64,000 bases of DNA from Camelus dromedarius. Taxonomy: Eukaryota. A program made the position numbers and the translations under genes. The stretch's first letter is position 1; every line of letters begins with the position of its first letter. Below, in pieces: positions 14,055-26,544 of this stretch. Under the pieces are notes generated by a model. That model was given only the letters and a program-made list of their open reading frames with translations, was not told the DNA's origin and searched no databases. The stretch lies in NCBI RefSeq assembly GCF_036321535.1, contig NC_087437.1, positions 57,290,001 through 57,354,000 of the forward strand, given 5' to 3'.

Positions 14055-14123
14055 GTTTTCTTTTCTCTCTTCCTTTTTTCCCTTTTCTTTTTTTTTTTGT
14101 TTTTTTTTGTTTTGTTTTGTTTT
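14055..14123. repeat. T-rich low-complexity tract
   Basis: ttttcttttctctcttcctttttt...(GTTTT)n seen directly. Confidence 0.9.
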
Positions 14124-14667
14124 TAATTTTTAATCCAGAGTAGTCCAATGATCAAGAATCTGGGTCAGTTAAAGGTCTGACTTCTCCCCACGTGGATTCA
14201 ATAATTTGATCGTGGACTTGTACAAACCCTGGGAGGGACACTGAGACAACTACCCTTCTTAAGGTGCTCCAAGTCTACAAGAGAAAGAAGGCATGTGTAT
14301 GATGACAAAGGCACAAATCTGAAAATGATGGCAACCACAAAATGGTTGTGCGAATGTTTTGAGAGTTCAGAGATAATGGTTTGCTTTTAGGAGGGCCTTA
14401 AATGTGGTTTCAAACATTTAAAAGGGGAAAGATAGACTAGAAAGTGCTTTATAGGTATACTGAGTAGCATGAAAGACCTACAGAAGTAAAAAAAAAAAAA
14501 GCAATTTGTAAAGGTAACACATGTCTCTGTGTGTTGTGTGGAGAGTGGTACTTAGGAAAATTAGACCAGAAAGAAAAATTTCTCTGTTACGCTGATAAGT
14601 TGATGAATGTTATTTCTCTTCTGTACCTAAAGTTTTTTGTTTTCAATGTTTAAAGTAGTGACGTCTG

Positions 14668-15028
14668 TGGTGGTTGGCAGAGTTGGAAGTGGGGCACGTA
14701 GGGGCGGGCAGAGTGTGTAAGGTGAGTCAGAGGTGCCAGCTTCCGGTTATAGAGTCAAGTCATGGGGATGTAATACACTGCATGGTGACTATAGTTTATA
14801 ATGCTGTATTGTTCATTTTAAATTTTCTAAAAGAGTGGATCTTAAAGTCCTCATCACAAGAAAAAAAAAGTGTAACTATATATAGTGATGGATGTTAACT
14901 AGACCTATAATGGTGATCATTTAACAATATATACAGATATGAAATCATTATGTTGTAAACCTGAAACTAATATAAAGTTATATGTTAATTATATCTCAAT
15001 TAAGAAAAAAACAGAAAAACAAAAGAAA
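14668..15028 (+). mobile_element. LINE-1 3' UTR, L1MA9-like
   Basis: catggggatgtaatacactgcatggtgactatag...cctgaaactaatataaagttatatgttaattatatctcaat then A-rich tail. Confidence 0.9.
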
Positions 15029-15557
15029 GCAAGCCTGTAGACTCTGGCTCATTAAAAGTTAATAAGGCAATCATAAGAGGTTTTTCCTTTTTGCCCCTGA
15101 GGATAGCCTTGATAAAGAATACAATTCAGTATTTTTCGTGTCTAAGTTTAAAGACTTTCTACAGTGAAAGTAGGGCCAATTATTTTAGTATCAATGAAAA
15201 CATTAGCTATAAATAACTGGTATTGTGGAGCTCCACTTCAAGGTTGGGAAGTAGAGCCCATGAAAGTCTGATGTAGGGATAAAGTTAGGGCTTGACATCA
15301 AAGAAGGGGAGATGTGAAACTGACTTGCGCAGGGCAGATTGTGCAGGCAAATCCCATCCATGGGGCATGATAATACCAAAGCTGGTCTGCTTTTTGTTTC
15401 CAACAGACAACCGGAGACAACCTGAGGAATCAGTGTCTATTATTTCCTCCATGTGAAAGGGTAACACTAGGTGGGGTGGGTCTGTGTTACAAAGCACAAG
15501 GAGATAGTGGAGTACTCATGGGTAGGTAATTGTCAGCAACAACCTCAGGCTGTTATT

Positions 15558-15826
15558 GCGAGTATAGTGGAAGGATCTTTGGACTCGGAATGAAAAAAAG
15601 AAAATAAAGATTTGAATGACAACTCTCAGCTTATGTTTGAATGATAGATCTATCATCAGCTGTGACCTTGAGCATACCCTGTGAATCCTCTGGGCTTCAG
15701 TTTCCTCATCTTTCAAATAGAAATAATTTCTGGCCTATCCCAGAGGGTATTGTAAGGGTCAACGAAGATAGCTGGTACAGAGTGCTTTGAAAATTTTCAG
15801 CTGCTAGAGAGAATAATTATGTTGTA
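15558..15826 (+). mobile_element. MIR
   Basis: agctgtgaccttgagca...cctctgggcttcagtttcctcatctttcaaatag core. Confidence 0.85.
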
Positions 15827-15876
15827 GTTATTTCAAGGGAGTCTTCTACTTAAATTTGAAAGCCTTGTTTAAAGAA

Positions 15877-16065
15877 CACTTGACTTGTGTGTTGTGATGT
15901 GGGCAAGTTTCATAAATTACTGTGCTTCAGTTTCCTCAACTATAAAATGGGAATAATAATATTATCTACCTCTATGGTTGTTATGGGAATTATATACATT
16001 TGAAATTGTGCAGGGTTAGAACAGTGCCAGGTACATAAAAAGCTCCATTTAAACATCTGTTAAAT
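15877..16065 (+). mobile_element. MIR
   Basis: gggcaagtt...ctgtgcttcagtttcctcaactataaaatgggaataataat...ttagaacagtgccaggtacata. Confidence 0.88.
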
Positions 16066-17569
16066 AAATATACACATAAATACGTAAGTACATACATTCA
16101 TAAATAAATAGATAGGTAATCAGTCTCAGTGTGTTTCCAGCAGGATGTAGAAGAGAAAATCTTCAATTACAATTGAGACGTTTATAGGATAAGACAGGCA
16201 GGAAGTAGAGGGTTCACCTCTGTTCCCTCTGTGCTTCATCTTCAGTTTAATTTTCCCTTTTTACCTTTTCGAACCCTCATTCCTTTTATTTTTTCTTCTC
16301 ATTTAGTGCTTTTCTGGGCTTCTGCACTTTTCTTTGTTTATCCCATGGATTGACCCCATTGAGATCAGTAACTACAAGAGCATATTTTAACTCCAGGTGA
16401 TGGAGCAGCCAGCTGGTCTTTAATAACCAAAGTGATTTAATTAACTTTTTATTCGATAAGGTTCACTGTAAATTTCTCCCAGACACAACTAGGATTCACA
16501 GAAGCAAAATTTCCCCAAAATCAGAATTCCTGGGCTGCCATATGGTACTGCTCTTATCCACACTAAAATGCAAGAAAAGAGTCAACTTTCCGGCCAGTTC
16601 ATACAAAACAGTCCATGCAGGATTTCAATAAATTCCCATCACATCACCTAAACTAAGTGCTGGGTATAGGGCAGTGTTGTCAAAACTAGTCAAAATTTCC
16701 CAGTAAGAGTACCATGTGTATTACTCCTTCTTTCCCATGTCTGTAATCACTTGTTAGTTTGTGCCTTTGATGGACCCAACAGGATTAATGCATGTGTCTT
16801 CTGATGCTTTAGCACGGAAAGAATAGTCTCATGTGCTCCTCTTCTGCCTTACTCCAGCTTGATAATAAACTGTGTGTGGTAAAATCAATACTTGAGTACT
16901 GCAGGCTGATCGCCAATTAGAATGTTTTTCATTTAAATCTGGCAAATATGTGGAAAATAGGAGAAAATGCAAAGAAATTTCCACTCTAAAATCTGCCATT
17001 TTTAAGCATCAACAAAGCAGTAAATTTTAAATTAGTGTTCTGGACAAATTCTCTTCATGCTTTTATAACGAATATTTTGTACCAGGCCTTTGGAAAACTT
17101 CCAGCCCATCTGTTTTCACTCAGCTGTTATCAAACATAATTTTTTTTATCAAATTTATCACAAGTCTGACTGTCTACCTGAAAAGAGCACATTTGATGTA
17201 AATATTACATAATATAGAAATCAATGACTTCAATTGTCTTTATAATTAATTAAAAATGACTTAATGTCTCCTTTATGAATACAAGCAATATCTTAGTTCA
17301 TCTTGGATTTTTTTTTAGAATTTTTAGTGAGATATTAGAAAACCTGTATTTGAGATGAACTATTTCAGAAAATAAGCTTGTATTTTGGTATGATTAGATG
17401 AGATATGTTGCCTCTTTCAGCCCAGTACCCCCAGATTCTTGTATTCTTGGTCAGAAACCACTGTTTATATAATAACTGGTACCGAACACCATTCTAAGAT
17501 TTAATAAAAAGTTTGAAATGAAGATACTAAAGTAAAAACTTTCATAATCCATTTCTAATTATTCTGGTC

Positions 17570-18255
17570 TCCCTCCCACTACTTTTACTACCCATATTGT
17601 GGTTTAAGCTACAATTGCTTCTCACACCAATGACTGAGACTACCTCTTCAGTAGATTCCCAGTCTCGGTATTCTCCTCCCCTTCAGACCACACAAAGTAC
17701 TCCTGCTGGGATAATCGTCTTAAAATAATAGCCTTTGCTCCTATTCCCCCAGGTACAAATGACTCTAAACTCTCCCATTTGCCAATAGAGCAAGGGTCTA
17801 TTTCCCTGACCTGATTTTAAAGTTACCGCTTTATTGCAAACAGACTAGACTATTCACAATTTTGTAAATATCTCCTTTACTTTAGTGTTTCTGGGTCTTT
17901 CCTTAATTAAATTAGAATTGCTTACTTGCTGTTTATCTATCTTATCTCTCAATTGCTCCATTTTTATGTGGTGAAATCCTACCTAATCATCAAGTGATTA
18001 TTCAAGTACCACGTTTATGACACCTTTTTAGGTGCTTCTCCATTCCTCCCGAACTATGTTGCATGTATTTTTCATCTTGCTTTGTATAAGCTTTATTTTT
18101 ACTTCTCACGTGCTATGTGGAAGGTCTCATGTTATGGTTGTCTGTGCTGTAGACTCCAAAACTCTGAAGGACAAAAATCTGTCTTGTCTTTGTATAAAAG
18201 ACAATACCATGAAGCACAGTGTTCATTTATTTCTTCATCTGTTAAAGATGTGTTA
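17570..18255 (+). mobile_element. LINE-2 3' region
   Basis: tagactccaaaactctgaaggacaaaaatctgtcttgtctttgtat...gcacagtg L2 tail preceded by pyrimidine-rich L2 body. Confidence 0.65.
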
Positions 18256-18334
18256 GAGCCTCTTGAGTCAGTTACTGTGGTAGTAGGCCACGGTACTATA
18301 AAGATTTACAAGACGGAATAAGGGCGTGTAGCCT

Positions 18335-18705
18335 ATATGACAGGAAATTCAGAGGCTCTGAAATCAGACAATCATGGTCTCAAATCCTTCCGTGTAACAC
18401 AGGAGACTATATTCAATACCTTGTAATAACCTTTAATGAAAAAGAATATGAAAATGAATATATGTATGTCTATGCATGACTGGAACATTATGCTGTACAC
18501 CAGAAATTGACACATTGCAACTGAGCATACTTCAATAAAACAAAACAAAATTCTGCTATAGGCTATCTGTTTGTATTGGGCGCCTCACTTTGAGTCCTGT
18601 TATGGGATTTGACAAAAATGACCATCTCATATTGTCAGGATCTGTTGAAATATTCAATTTAAAACTTCTGGTACCTATGATTTGCCCATTAAATGTAAGT
18701 TATCT
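18335..18705 (+). mobile_element. MIR split by an L1 tail insertion
   Basis: ggctctgaaatcagacaatcatggtctcaaatcct | L1 | tctgcta...; the MIR resumes at 18551. Confidence 0.6.
18391..18550 (+). mobile_element. Short 5'-truncated L1 3' tail (camelid/cetartiodactyl type)
   Basis: actatattcaataccttgtaataacc...tgctgtacaccagaaattgacacattg...cttcaataaaa; probable TSD aaatcct (18382-18388)/aaattct (18548-18554). Confidence 0.9.
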
Positions 18706-19169
18706 TTTTCATTCTTTCTTTTTTCAACCTCCTTCAATTGCATACAGCTTGTTAGTGGAAGCAAAACCAAAGAATAAAGAAAATAAGTGTCAATTACCAT
18801 AATAGGCTTCTGTCCAGTTTGGTTTTGGAATCAGAGAAACGAAATTTCTACAGTTCTGATCTGGATCAGAAAAAACTTTACACTGAGTTACATCTAAGCT
18901 GTATAAGATAATAGCAGTTTACAAGGCAGTAGGACTATGTTCCAGACATGAGTAGAAGCTAGGGTCAGGCCCCAGCATTGAAGCACCAATAAAAACTTTA
19001 ACAGGTTAATGTGAAAAGAAAATAAAGCCATTTAGAGGACTGCAACAAATTCTGGACATGTAGAATAGTGTTTTAGAGCTAAGAACAATAGGCGGAGGCT
19101 CACACAGTAGGGCCGCCAGAGTGTGTAAGGAAGAGGCGTGTGCTTCATGTATGTCTGTTTGGTTGAGGG

Positions 19170-20330
19170 ATATTTTAAATTTTTATACATATTTTTCATT
19201 ATTATTTTAATCACAAATACAAAAAATACACAATCAAAAATTCAAACACAAAAACATATGAAATGAAAATTGAGCTTCTATCTCACATACACACACTCCT
19301 TGAAAGTAATTACTACTATCAATTTAATGTTTAATACCAGAACTTTTCTAAGTACATATATATATATGGTCTACATGTAAGAAGGTTTTCCTCCCCTTTT
19401 GGTTAGTTTGTTAAAAGTGATTAAGAACATATAAATGTTTTGTCAGTTGTTAAAATTTCATAGAGGTCCATCTGTATTAACTAAGAACAACAACAATAAC
19501 AAAAAACTACCTCATCCTTCCAAGGAATTTTGTGTTATTTTATATCATATGATATAATAATTTATTTAATCATTTCTTACCTGTAGATACTTTAGGATAT
19601 TTCTAAATTGTCACTGTTACTTAATTGCTGCACTGTTAGTTTATAAGTTTGTATATATCCATCCATCTTTACACTTGTATCAGTATTATTATAGTAGGAA
19701 TCTCTATAGAATTTGGGGATCAAAGTCTGTTGAGTTAAAGTTATTGGATTTAACAGATAATGCCAAAATGCCCTCTCTTATGGGCTGAATATTTATGGTT
19801 CCCCAAATTAATATTTTGACATCTTAGTCCCCAGGATGATGGTATTAGAAGGTAGGGCCTTTGGGAGGTAATTAGGTCACTAGGGTGGGGCACATGGGTG
19901 AATTAGTTTACTTACAGGAACAGACATGAGAGCTTTCTCTCTCCATCTGCTCTCTGTCTTGTGAGGGTACAAGGAGATGAGGGCAATCTGCAAACCAGAA
20001 AAGGAGTTCTCATCAGACATAGGTTATGCTCGCACCTTGATCTTAGACTTCCAAGCCTCCAGAACTGTGAGAAACAAATGTCTGCTGTTTGTCACACAAT
20101 CTTTGATCATTTGTTATCGCAGTCCAAACTAAGATCCCCTCCAAAAATAGTATATGCATGTTATTTACAGTCTCACAAAAGTGCCTATTTCCATACATTT
20201 GAGATAGCAATCTTCAAATATATGAAAATACAAAAGATGAAAACGGTAAATAATTTTATTTTTCCCACTTAATTGTGAGGTTGAACATTTTCTTGGCATT
20301 TATTAACACATTTTGAGGGATCTTTATTTC
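19170..20330 (-). mobile_element. Old L1ME-like 3' end interrupted by MLT1A
   Basis: ttaacagataatgccaaaatgccctc | LTR | caaaaatag continues across the LTR. Confidence 0.65.
19776..20136 (+). mobile_element. MaLR solo LTR, MLT1A-like
   Basis: tatgggctgaat...gcctttgggaggtaattagg...gacttccaagcctccagaactgtgagaaac...actaaga; 5-bp TSD ccctc at 19771-19775 and 20137-20141. Confidence 0.92.
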
Positions 20331-20437
20331 TTAAAAAAAGCTTTATTTAGGTATAGTTAACATATGATAAATTGCACACTTTTGAAGTATATAGTATGAT
20401 GTGGTTTTTTCCCCATTTTATTAAAATATAGTTGACT

Positions 20438-20780
20438 AGTGGCTGTGGGCTCAGGAGGTTTTCAGGTAGCAGGTAGCCAGCCTGCTGGTGAATGGGGCTG
20501 TATCCTCATTGACTAATTGCTCGGCCTGAGGTATCCCAGTACTGGTGCTGACAGACTGGTTGGCAGGGCCAGGTCCCAGCTCTAAAAACCCACGGGGAGG
20601 ATTCCAAAGTGGTGCTTGCCAGCATCAGTGTCCTTGTGGTGGCAGGAGCTCCTCAAAATGATGCCACCATTGCCTATATCCCTAGAGTGAACTCCAGTCA
20701 CCTCTTGCCTCTCTGGGAGACTCTCAAATGTCAGCAAGTAGGTCTGCCACAGGCTCCTTTCAAACTACTGCTTCTGTCCT
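20438..20780 (-). mobile_element. LINE-1 5' UTR fragment (laurasiatherian type)
   Basis: GC-rich ggcctgaggtatcccagtactggtgctgacag...ggaggattccaaagtggtgcttgccagc...caggctcctttcaaactactgcttctg, recalled as antisense L1 5' UTR. Confidence 0.7.
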
Positions 20781-21859
20781 GCATTGGCTCTGTTTTGTCC
20801 CCGTTAATTTTAGTATTAAGCCTTGTCTATTACAGTTATTGTTATATTTTCATCCTGGTTTCCTTTTGTCCTTCAAATTTGATTATTCTATGAATTTTGT
20901 TTTTCCTTTTTCCCCAGAGAAACCTGTCAAAATTTAGCCTTACAGTTTCTGAGTTTCAGACCTTGTTTAAGGTTTTCTCAGCTCCAAGTTTATAAAAATA
21001 TCTTCACAATACCTGAAACAAAAAAACTTCTAAAAAACATTTTCATCCTTTCTTCTCTGAAACAACTGAATAGACAAAAAATACAATTCAGAGTAAAAGC
21101 AGATTTAATGCTATTACCAAATATTTACTCCTTATAACTACAAATTGTGATGGATAATTTCCAAATATAGTGAATGTGGGACTCATTAAATGGAAGAGAA
21201 AGAAGGCATACTCTGCAGACTGCATGAAGTCCTTTCAGAAGTGTATGCTATAGTTCTGTAGCCCCAGCTAATGATGTCTTTATTGAAACAGGGGAGTCTC
21301 AGAGGCACACCCGGCTGTGAAAATCCCAAGGGCACATTCTGCATTGCTGATTGGCAGAGGCAAGGAGCTACAAGCTAAACTGCTCAGACAAGCAGTCTCT
21401 CAGGATATTCGATTTAGTTGTGGGAGAGAAGAGGGAAAGCAGTGTGTTCAACTAACTTTGCTGTTACTAACGACAGCACAAGACAAATACAAACAGTCAC
21501 ATTTTAAAAACTGATACACAGGCCTTATAAGAAGAAAAGACTTCTTATCTGAAAGTTGGGAATATTGAACACTGTTACATTTAGGAAAGGTGGTAGTGAG
21601 AGAAACTGGTGAGAAAACTGGTAATGAGAAATAATCATAAATGAACAAGCATGGCATTAATGAATTTTTAAACTAAAGATAAATCAGAAAATCGTTACAA
21701 AATAAAAGTAGTTAAATAATAGACTAGAATAATTATACTAGAATGCAGAATAGTTAAAGTAAGCATTCATGATCTAAAAGATGCAAAACAACAATAACAT
21801 AACAGAAAAAAGGCCCCTTCTGAGAAGAGCTAAAAAAAAAATTCTACATATTAATTCAT

Positions 21860-23380
21860 TAATTGGATATGAGTTCTTCTATTCCCTGTCCACTTTTTCA
21901 GTTTTATTTTTTATTCTTATTGATTGATAAGTTTACTTCATATATTCAAAACTTTAATTCTTTTCTAGGTTTTTATGTTGAAAATATGTTCTCCCAGTTT
22001 GTGACTCAGACAATATTCCATATTTTGAGGCATTTTTGGATTTCAAAAGTTCATAATTTTAATTACCAAATTTAAGTTACCAGTATTTTCCTTTATAATT
22101 TTTTTGTGTTATGAGTGTGTGTGCTTTGTAGAAAATGGTGTGGAAAATGCTTTCTGCACCAATGCAATAAAATAATCTCCATATAGTTTTCTAAATATTT
22201 GTAGTTTAATATTTTACATTTATGTATTCAATGTAAATAACATTGATTTTTATATAAAGCGAGTGATAGGGGTTCAATTTTATTTTTTAACGTGAATAAC
22301 AAATGTTCTCGTTACCAAGTCTAAGCTTGTACTGCTTACTGCATGACAGGTCAATAAATTGAGAGGTGAGTTGTTGGGGCAAGGATTAGCGACTTTATTT
22401 GGAAAGTCAGCAGACCAAGAAGATGATGGACTGGTCTCTCAAAGAACCATCTTACCTGAGTTAGAATTCAGCCTTCTTTTATACTAAAAAGGGAAGAGGG
22501 GTGGCTGGATTTTGCAAACTTCTTGGTGCAGGAATCCTTTTTTCTTCCAACTGTCCATGTAAGTCTGGTCATAATGCTCCTGTAAACCTCCAACAAGACA
22601 AATGTTTTTCTCTGTTCTGCAACTTTTTGTCTATGAATGGAAATGTGTTATACCTTTAAAGGTCAAGCCTGGGAGGGGGAGCCTTGAGAATAGGCTATCA
22701 TGTATATTTCAGACTGTAGGCAAGATTCTTTTACAAAGGTGCAGAGCCAGCATGACTAAGCACAGGCAACAGAGCACAAAGGTTAGAGCTCAAGGATCCA
22801 ATATGGAGTCAGGTTTGTTCTTCTCTGCTACATTCTCACATAAATTGTCAGATTCAACCTTTCCCCAGTGACCTGTAAAACCACCTTTATTATATCAAGT
22901 GCCCACATTTATGTAATTCTGATCCTTTGTTCTAAGGCTCTGTACCTAGGCTAATAACACACTCTAAATTACATGGCTTTAGAGCAAGTAGTGAAAAAAT
23001 GTGGGGAAATTTGTTACTTATGGCTTTTTTAGTTATTTACATTCCCTATAAATTTAAAAACTTTTGTTAGATTGCACTGAATATATAGATTATTCTGGAG
23101 TAGGTATCTTTATGTTGAATACTTCAATACATGAACAAGATCTATCAATTTATTTATATCTTAGTAAATATATTTCAACAAAATTTCATAATTTTCTGCA
23201 TGAAATCTTATACATCTCTTTTTAGAATCATCTCAGGTAATTTATATTTTTCTGCTATTTTAAATAGTATATTTTAATTTTAAATGTATTTTATAACTAT
23301 TTTTCTTATATAGAAGTAGAATGATCTTCATAGTGATTCTATTAGAAGAAAATTTCTGACTCATTTTTCTTAGTTGGTAT
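21860..23380 (-). mobile_element. Old L1ME ORF2 3' region interrupted by an ERV1 LTR
   Basis: ttgaaaatatgttctcccagtttgtg...gtgataggggttcaattttatttttt; resumes after 22836. Confidence 0.7.
22310..22832 (-). mobile_element. ERV1-class solo LTR (~523 bp)
   Basis: Minus strand begins TGTAGCAGAGAAGAAC; AATAAA and TATAAAA on the minus strand; 4-bp TSD ttct at 22306-22309 and 22833-22836. Confidence 0.88.
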
Positions 23381-23429
23381 ATTATTTAATTAATAGATTT
23401 ATTAATTTATTAATTAGACTTCTAATTAA

Positions 23430-24325
23430 TAGATTTTTAATGGTTTTAGATTGAGCCGATAGTACAACGTTCCCACATCATTCCCCCTCACCACACAGAT
23501 ATACAGTTTCCTCTATTATTAACATCCTCCTTTAGTATTGTTATAAGTGATGAACCAATACAACCAACGAACAAAGACAGTATTAATCAAATCAGTCACA
23601 TTAATGTTCACTCTTTGCGTTGTACAGTTATTGGGTTTTGACAAATACATATCATCATAGATCTACCATTGCAGTATCATACATAATGGTTTCACCACCC
23701 TAAACATCTCCTGTGCTTCATCTGTTCTTCCCTCACCTCTTCAGATCTTTGGCAAACGCTGATCTTTTTATTGTCTGTATCATTTTGCTATATTTTAGAA
23801 TACCACATAGTTGGAATTATACAGTATGTAGCCTGTTGACTGGTTTATTGCACAAAGCGACATTCATTTAAGGTTCTTTCAGATCTTTTAGTGGCTTGAT
23901 AGCTCATTTACTTTTATCACTGAATAATATCCCATTGGGCGTGCCATTGATTATTTATCCTCTAAACTTTGAAGGACATTTTGGTTGTTGCTTCCAAATA
24001 TGGGTGATTATAAATAAAGTAGCTGTAAACATGTGTGTGCAGATTTTTGTGTACACAAAAGTTTTCAACTCAGTTGGATAAACACCTGTGGGTGCTATTG
24101 CTGGATCATATGGTTACACTATGTGTACCTTTGTGATAAGCTGCCAAACTTTCTTACAAAGTAACTGTACTGTTTTGCATTCCTACCAGTAATGAATAAT
24201 ATTTGTTTCTCCACATCCTCGTCAGCATTTGGTATTATTAGATTTTTATTATTTTTTTTATTTCAGTCATTCTAATTGGTGTTTAGTGGTATTTTATTCT
24301 TATTTTTATTTACAACCCCCTAGTG
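23430..24325 (-). mobile_element. LINE-1 3' end, L1MC-like
   Basis: Homologous to 1975-2610 (cagtatcatac...ttcaccaccctaaa...ggcttgatagctcattt) and extends into the ORF2 end. Confidence 0.85.
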
Positions 24326-24460
24326 ATTTTCTCAGGGACTTCAGTCCTCAGCTGGATCTAAGAAAAGTTGTTGATTTTCAATTTGTTCAGCTTTCTTTTT
24401 GTGAAAATTAAAGTGACTACTTCTAAGTTCCTTACATGCTAGAGCTGAAACCAGAAGTTT
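24326..24460 (-). mobile_element. LINE-1 5' terminus (L1MC/MD-like)
   Basis: ggatctaagaaaagttgttgattttcaatttgttcagcttt...gagctgaaaccagaagt, recalled as the antisense 5' end. Confidence 0.65.
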
Positions 24461-25184
24461 CTCTGATTTGTTTTTAATTAATTAAAAATATCATATTAAA
24501 TATTTACTTTTCTGCCTTTTAATCAGTCGAGACATTGAGACCTTCCACTATCATTTCACTATACATATTATCTGTGCTCTGTAAACATGTGACCTTGCAT
24601 TCATTCATTTAAACGTTCTAACACAGCCTTAAGTATTGGGGGAACATGAAGATGAAGAGAGTTATTTCCTTATAATAACATCTTAAGCCTTCCAATGGAG
24701 TCTATCTCATTTTGGAAACAATAGAAGTAGTAGTTTATTTAGTTACACAAATTGACACAATTTTTTTATTCGAGACAAATATGTCTTACAGTCTTTTTCT
24801 TCTGATAAAGTGTAACTTGTCTTTTATAATTACAGAAATAACACTTTATTTTCAGATTATTACTAACCATGGCAGAAGGTCTTAAAAAGCAATATGATAT
24901 TTAATATGAATTGAAATCACTTAAGAAACATGCAAAAATATGTATTTCTGCTAAGACATGGAAACATTTAGAATTATTTTAATATCTTTCAATATGAAAT
25001 TGAAAAATATAACAAATATTTATAAGAATTTTGGAAGTATAACGAATTCAGAATCCAAATATTTAGAATCCAACCTTGGCTCTAGGAGTTGGTAGATGCA
25101 CGGATTTCTAAATATCAATTCTCTAAAATATGAGTGATTAAAAAAACACTAGCACCTTCAGATATCAAGGCTGCCAGGGAATGA

Positions 25185-25258
25185 GGAAGAAGAGGAAAAG
25201 AGAAAGAAGAGGGAGGATGCGAAGCGAGGAAGGAAGGGAGGAAGGAAGAAGAAAAGAG
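25185..25258. repeat. GA-rich purine tract
   Basis: gaggaagaagaggaaaagagaaagaagagggagg... seen directly. Confidence 0.85.
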
Positions 25259-25699
25259 TGACTTTTAATATTTAACCAGTTAAAAAAAATATTTCACCTG
25301 TTTCTAATGACCATCATAATTTAAACTGAATTCCTCATCACACAGATAAATCTCTGTAATGGCGTGTAATGGCTCCCAGATGATTCCACTTCAAAATCCA
25401 AAGATACATCTTTTCCTGGATGAAGATTTTGCTTCAGTTAATTAAGAAGAAACATTGGAATCAGATTGTCAGAATTGCAAATTTAATATTTGGTTGCTAA
25501 GACAGAGGGTGCAAGAATTTTTTTCTTTCAATCTGTTTCATTCTCTCATAATCATGGCAAAGAGCAATTGACTGAAGTCTCTTCTGTGGAAAACAGTTCC
25601 CAGAATAGTAAATGGCACACCTGGGCAGAGCTAGGCAAAAAAAAAAAAAATAGGAGAAATCCTTAAAATATATCCTTTAAATATATCTCTTTTGAAAAC

Positions 25700-26135
25700 A
25701 AAAATAAATAAATATTTATTTTGTAATTTCAATGCCATATTCACATCAGAAAGATTAACAAAATTTCCAAATACACTCTAATAGCCAGAATGAAAATTAT
25801 CTAGTTATTCTCAAAGATTTTTTTATGGTTGGTTTGTTCAAACCAAGATCCAGTAATCACATATTGCATCTTGTTTTTCTGTCTTATTAGTACATTGAAA
25901 TATAAAACCATTGCCCAAGCTTCTCACTTTTTTTTTGTAATACAGACTTGTTGAAGAAAGTGAGCCAGTTGTCTGCAGAATATTTGATTGCTTAGCCACT
26001 TAACTTGTTCCTCTATCACCTAGATTTCCAATGAAACAATAGTTCAAAAGTTCTAAGCATATTCAAGTAAAAAATGTGGGGGAGAACACATCATTGGTGA
26101 TGGTGTATAATTCATATGGTATCACCCGAGAACCC
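25700..26135 (-). mobile_element. LINE-1 3' UTR, L1MC4/5-like
   Basis: ttggtttgttcaaaccaagatcca...gacttgttgaagaaagtgagccagttgtc...ttaacttgttcctctat. Confidence 0.7.
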
Positions 26136-26184
26136 ACCTGAGAAGAAATTGTTTTGTTGTGTGGTGTTTAATGTTTTTTGACAT

Positions 26185-26470
26185 TTATCTTTTGACATGT
26201 TGAGTTTAATTGTGGGCATTTGGGTGAGCGTGTCCAATACAGAGTTAGATATTTAGATCAGGATCTATGGGACTTTATGTGAATTAGAAAAATATGTGGT
26301 AGATTGAAGATACAAGGATATAACAAAATCATGCAGGGAGAGCATATAGAGCAAGGAGGTTAAGAGGTCCAAAAAGAGAAGAGCCCTAGGAGGGGCCATT
26401 ATTTAAAGGAAAGGCAGAAGAAGATGAGGCAGCAAAAAAAAAAAAAAAAAAAAGGAACGCATGGGAAGAG
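26185..26470 (-). mobile_element. LINE-2 fragment
   Basis: ttttgacatgttgagttt...gagccctaggaggggccattatttaaaggaaaggcagaagaagatgaggcagcaaa. Confidence 0.7.
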
Positions 26471-26544
26471 GAAGCAGTGTATCTCCAATACATTCTTGGT
26501 CCTAACAGCTATCGCTTTGTTCTAGGGGAGAGGAGGTGGTTAAA

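Noticed and set aside
15385..15465. Possible cryptic exon after ctgctttttgtttccaacag
   Set aside because: Good acceptor but only weak donors nearby; such sites are frequent by chance.
22310..22832. Second ERV1 LTR as an interferon enhancer
   Set aside because: I found no TTC-N3-GAA site in it by eye.
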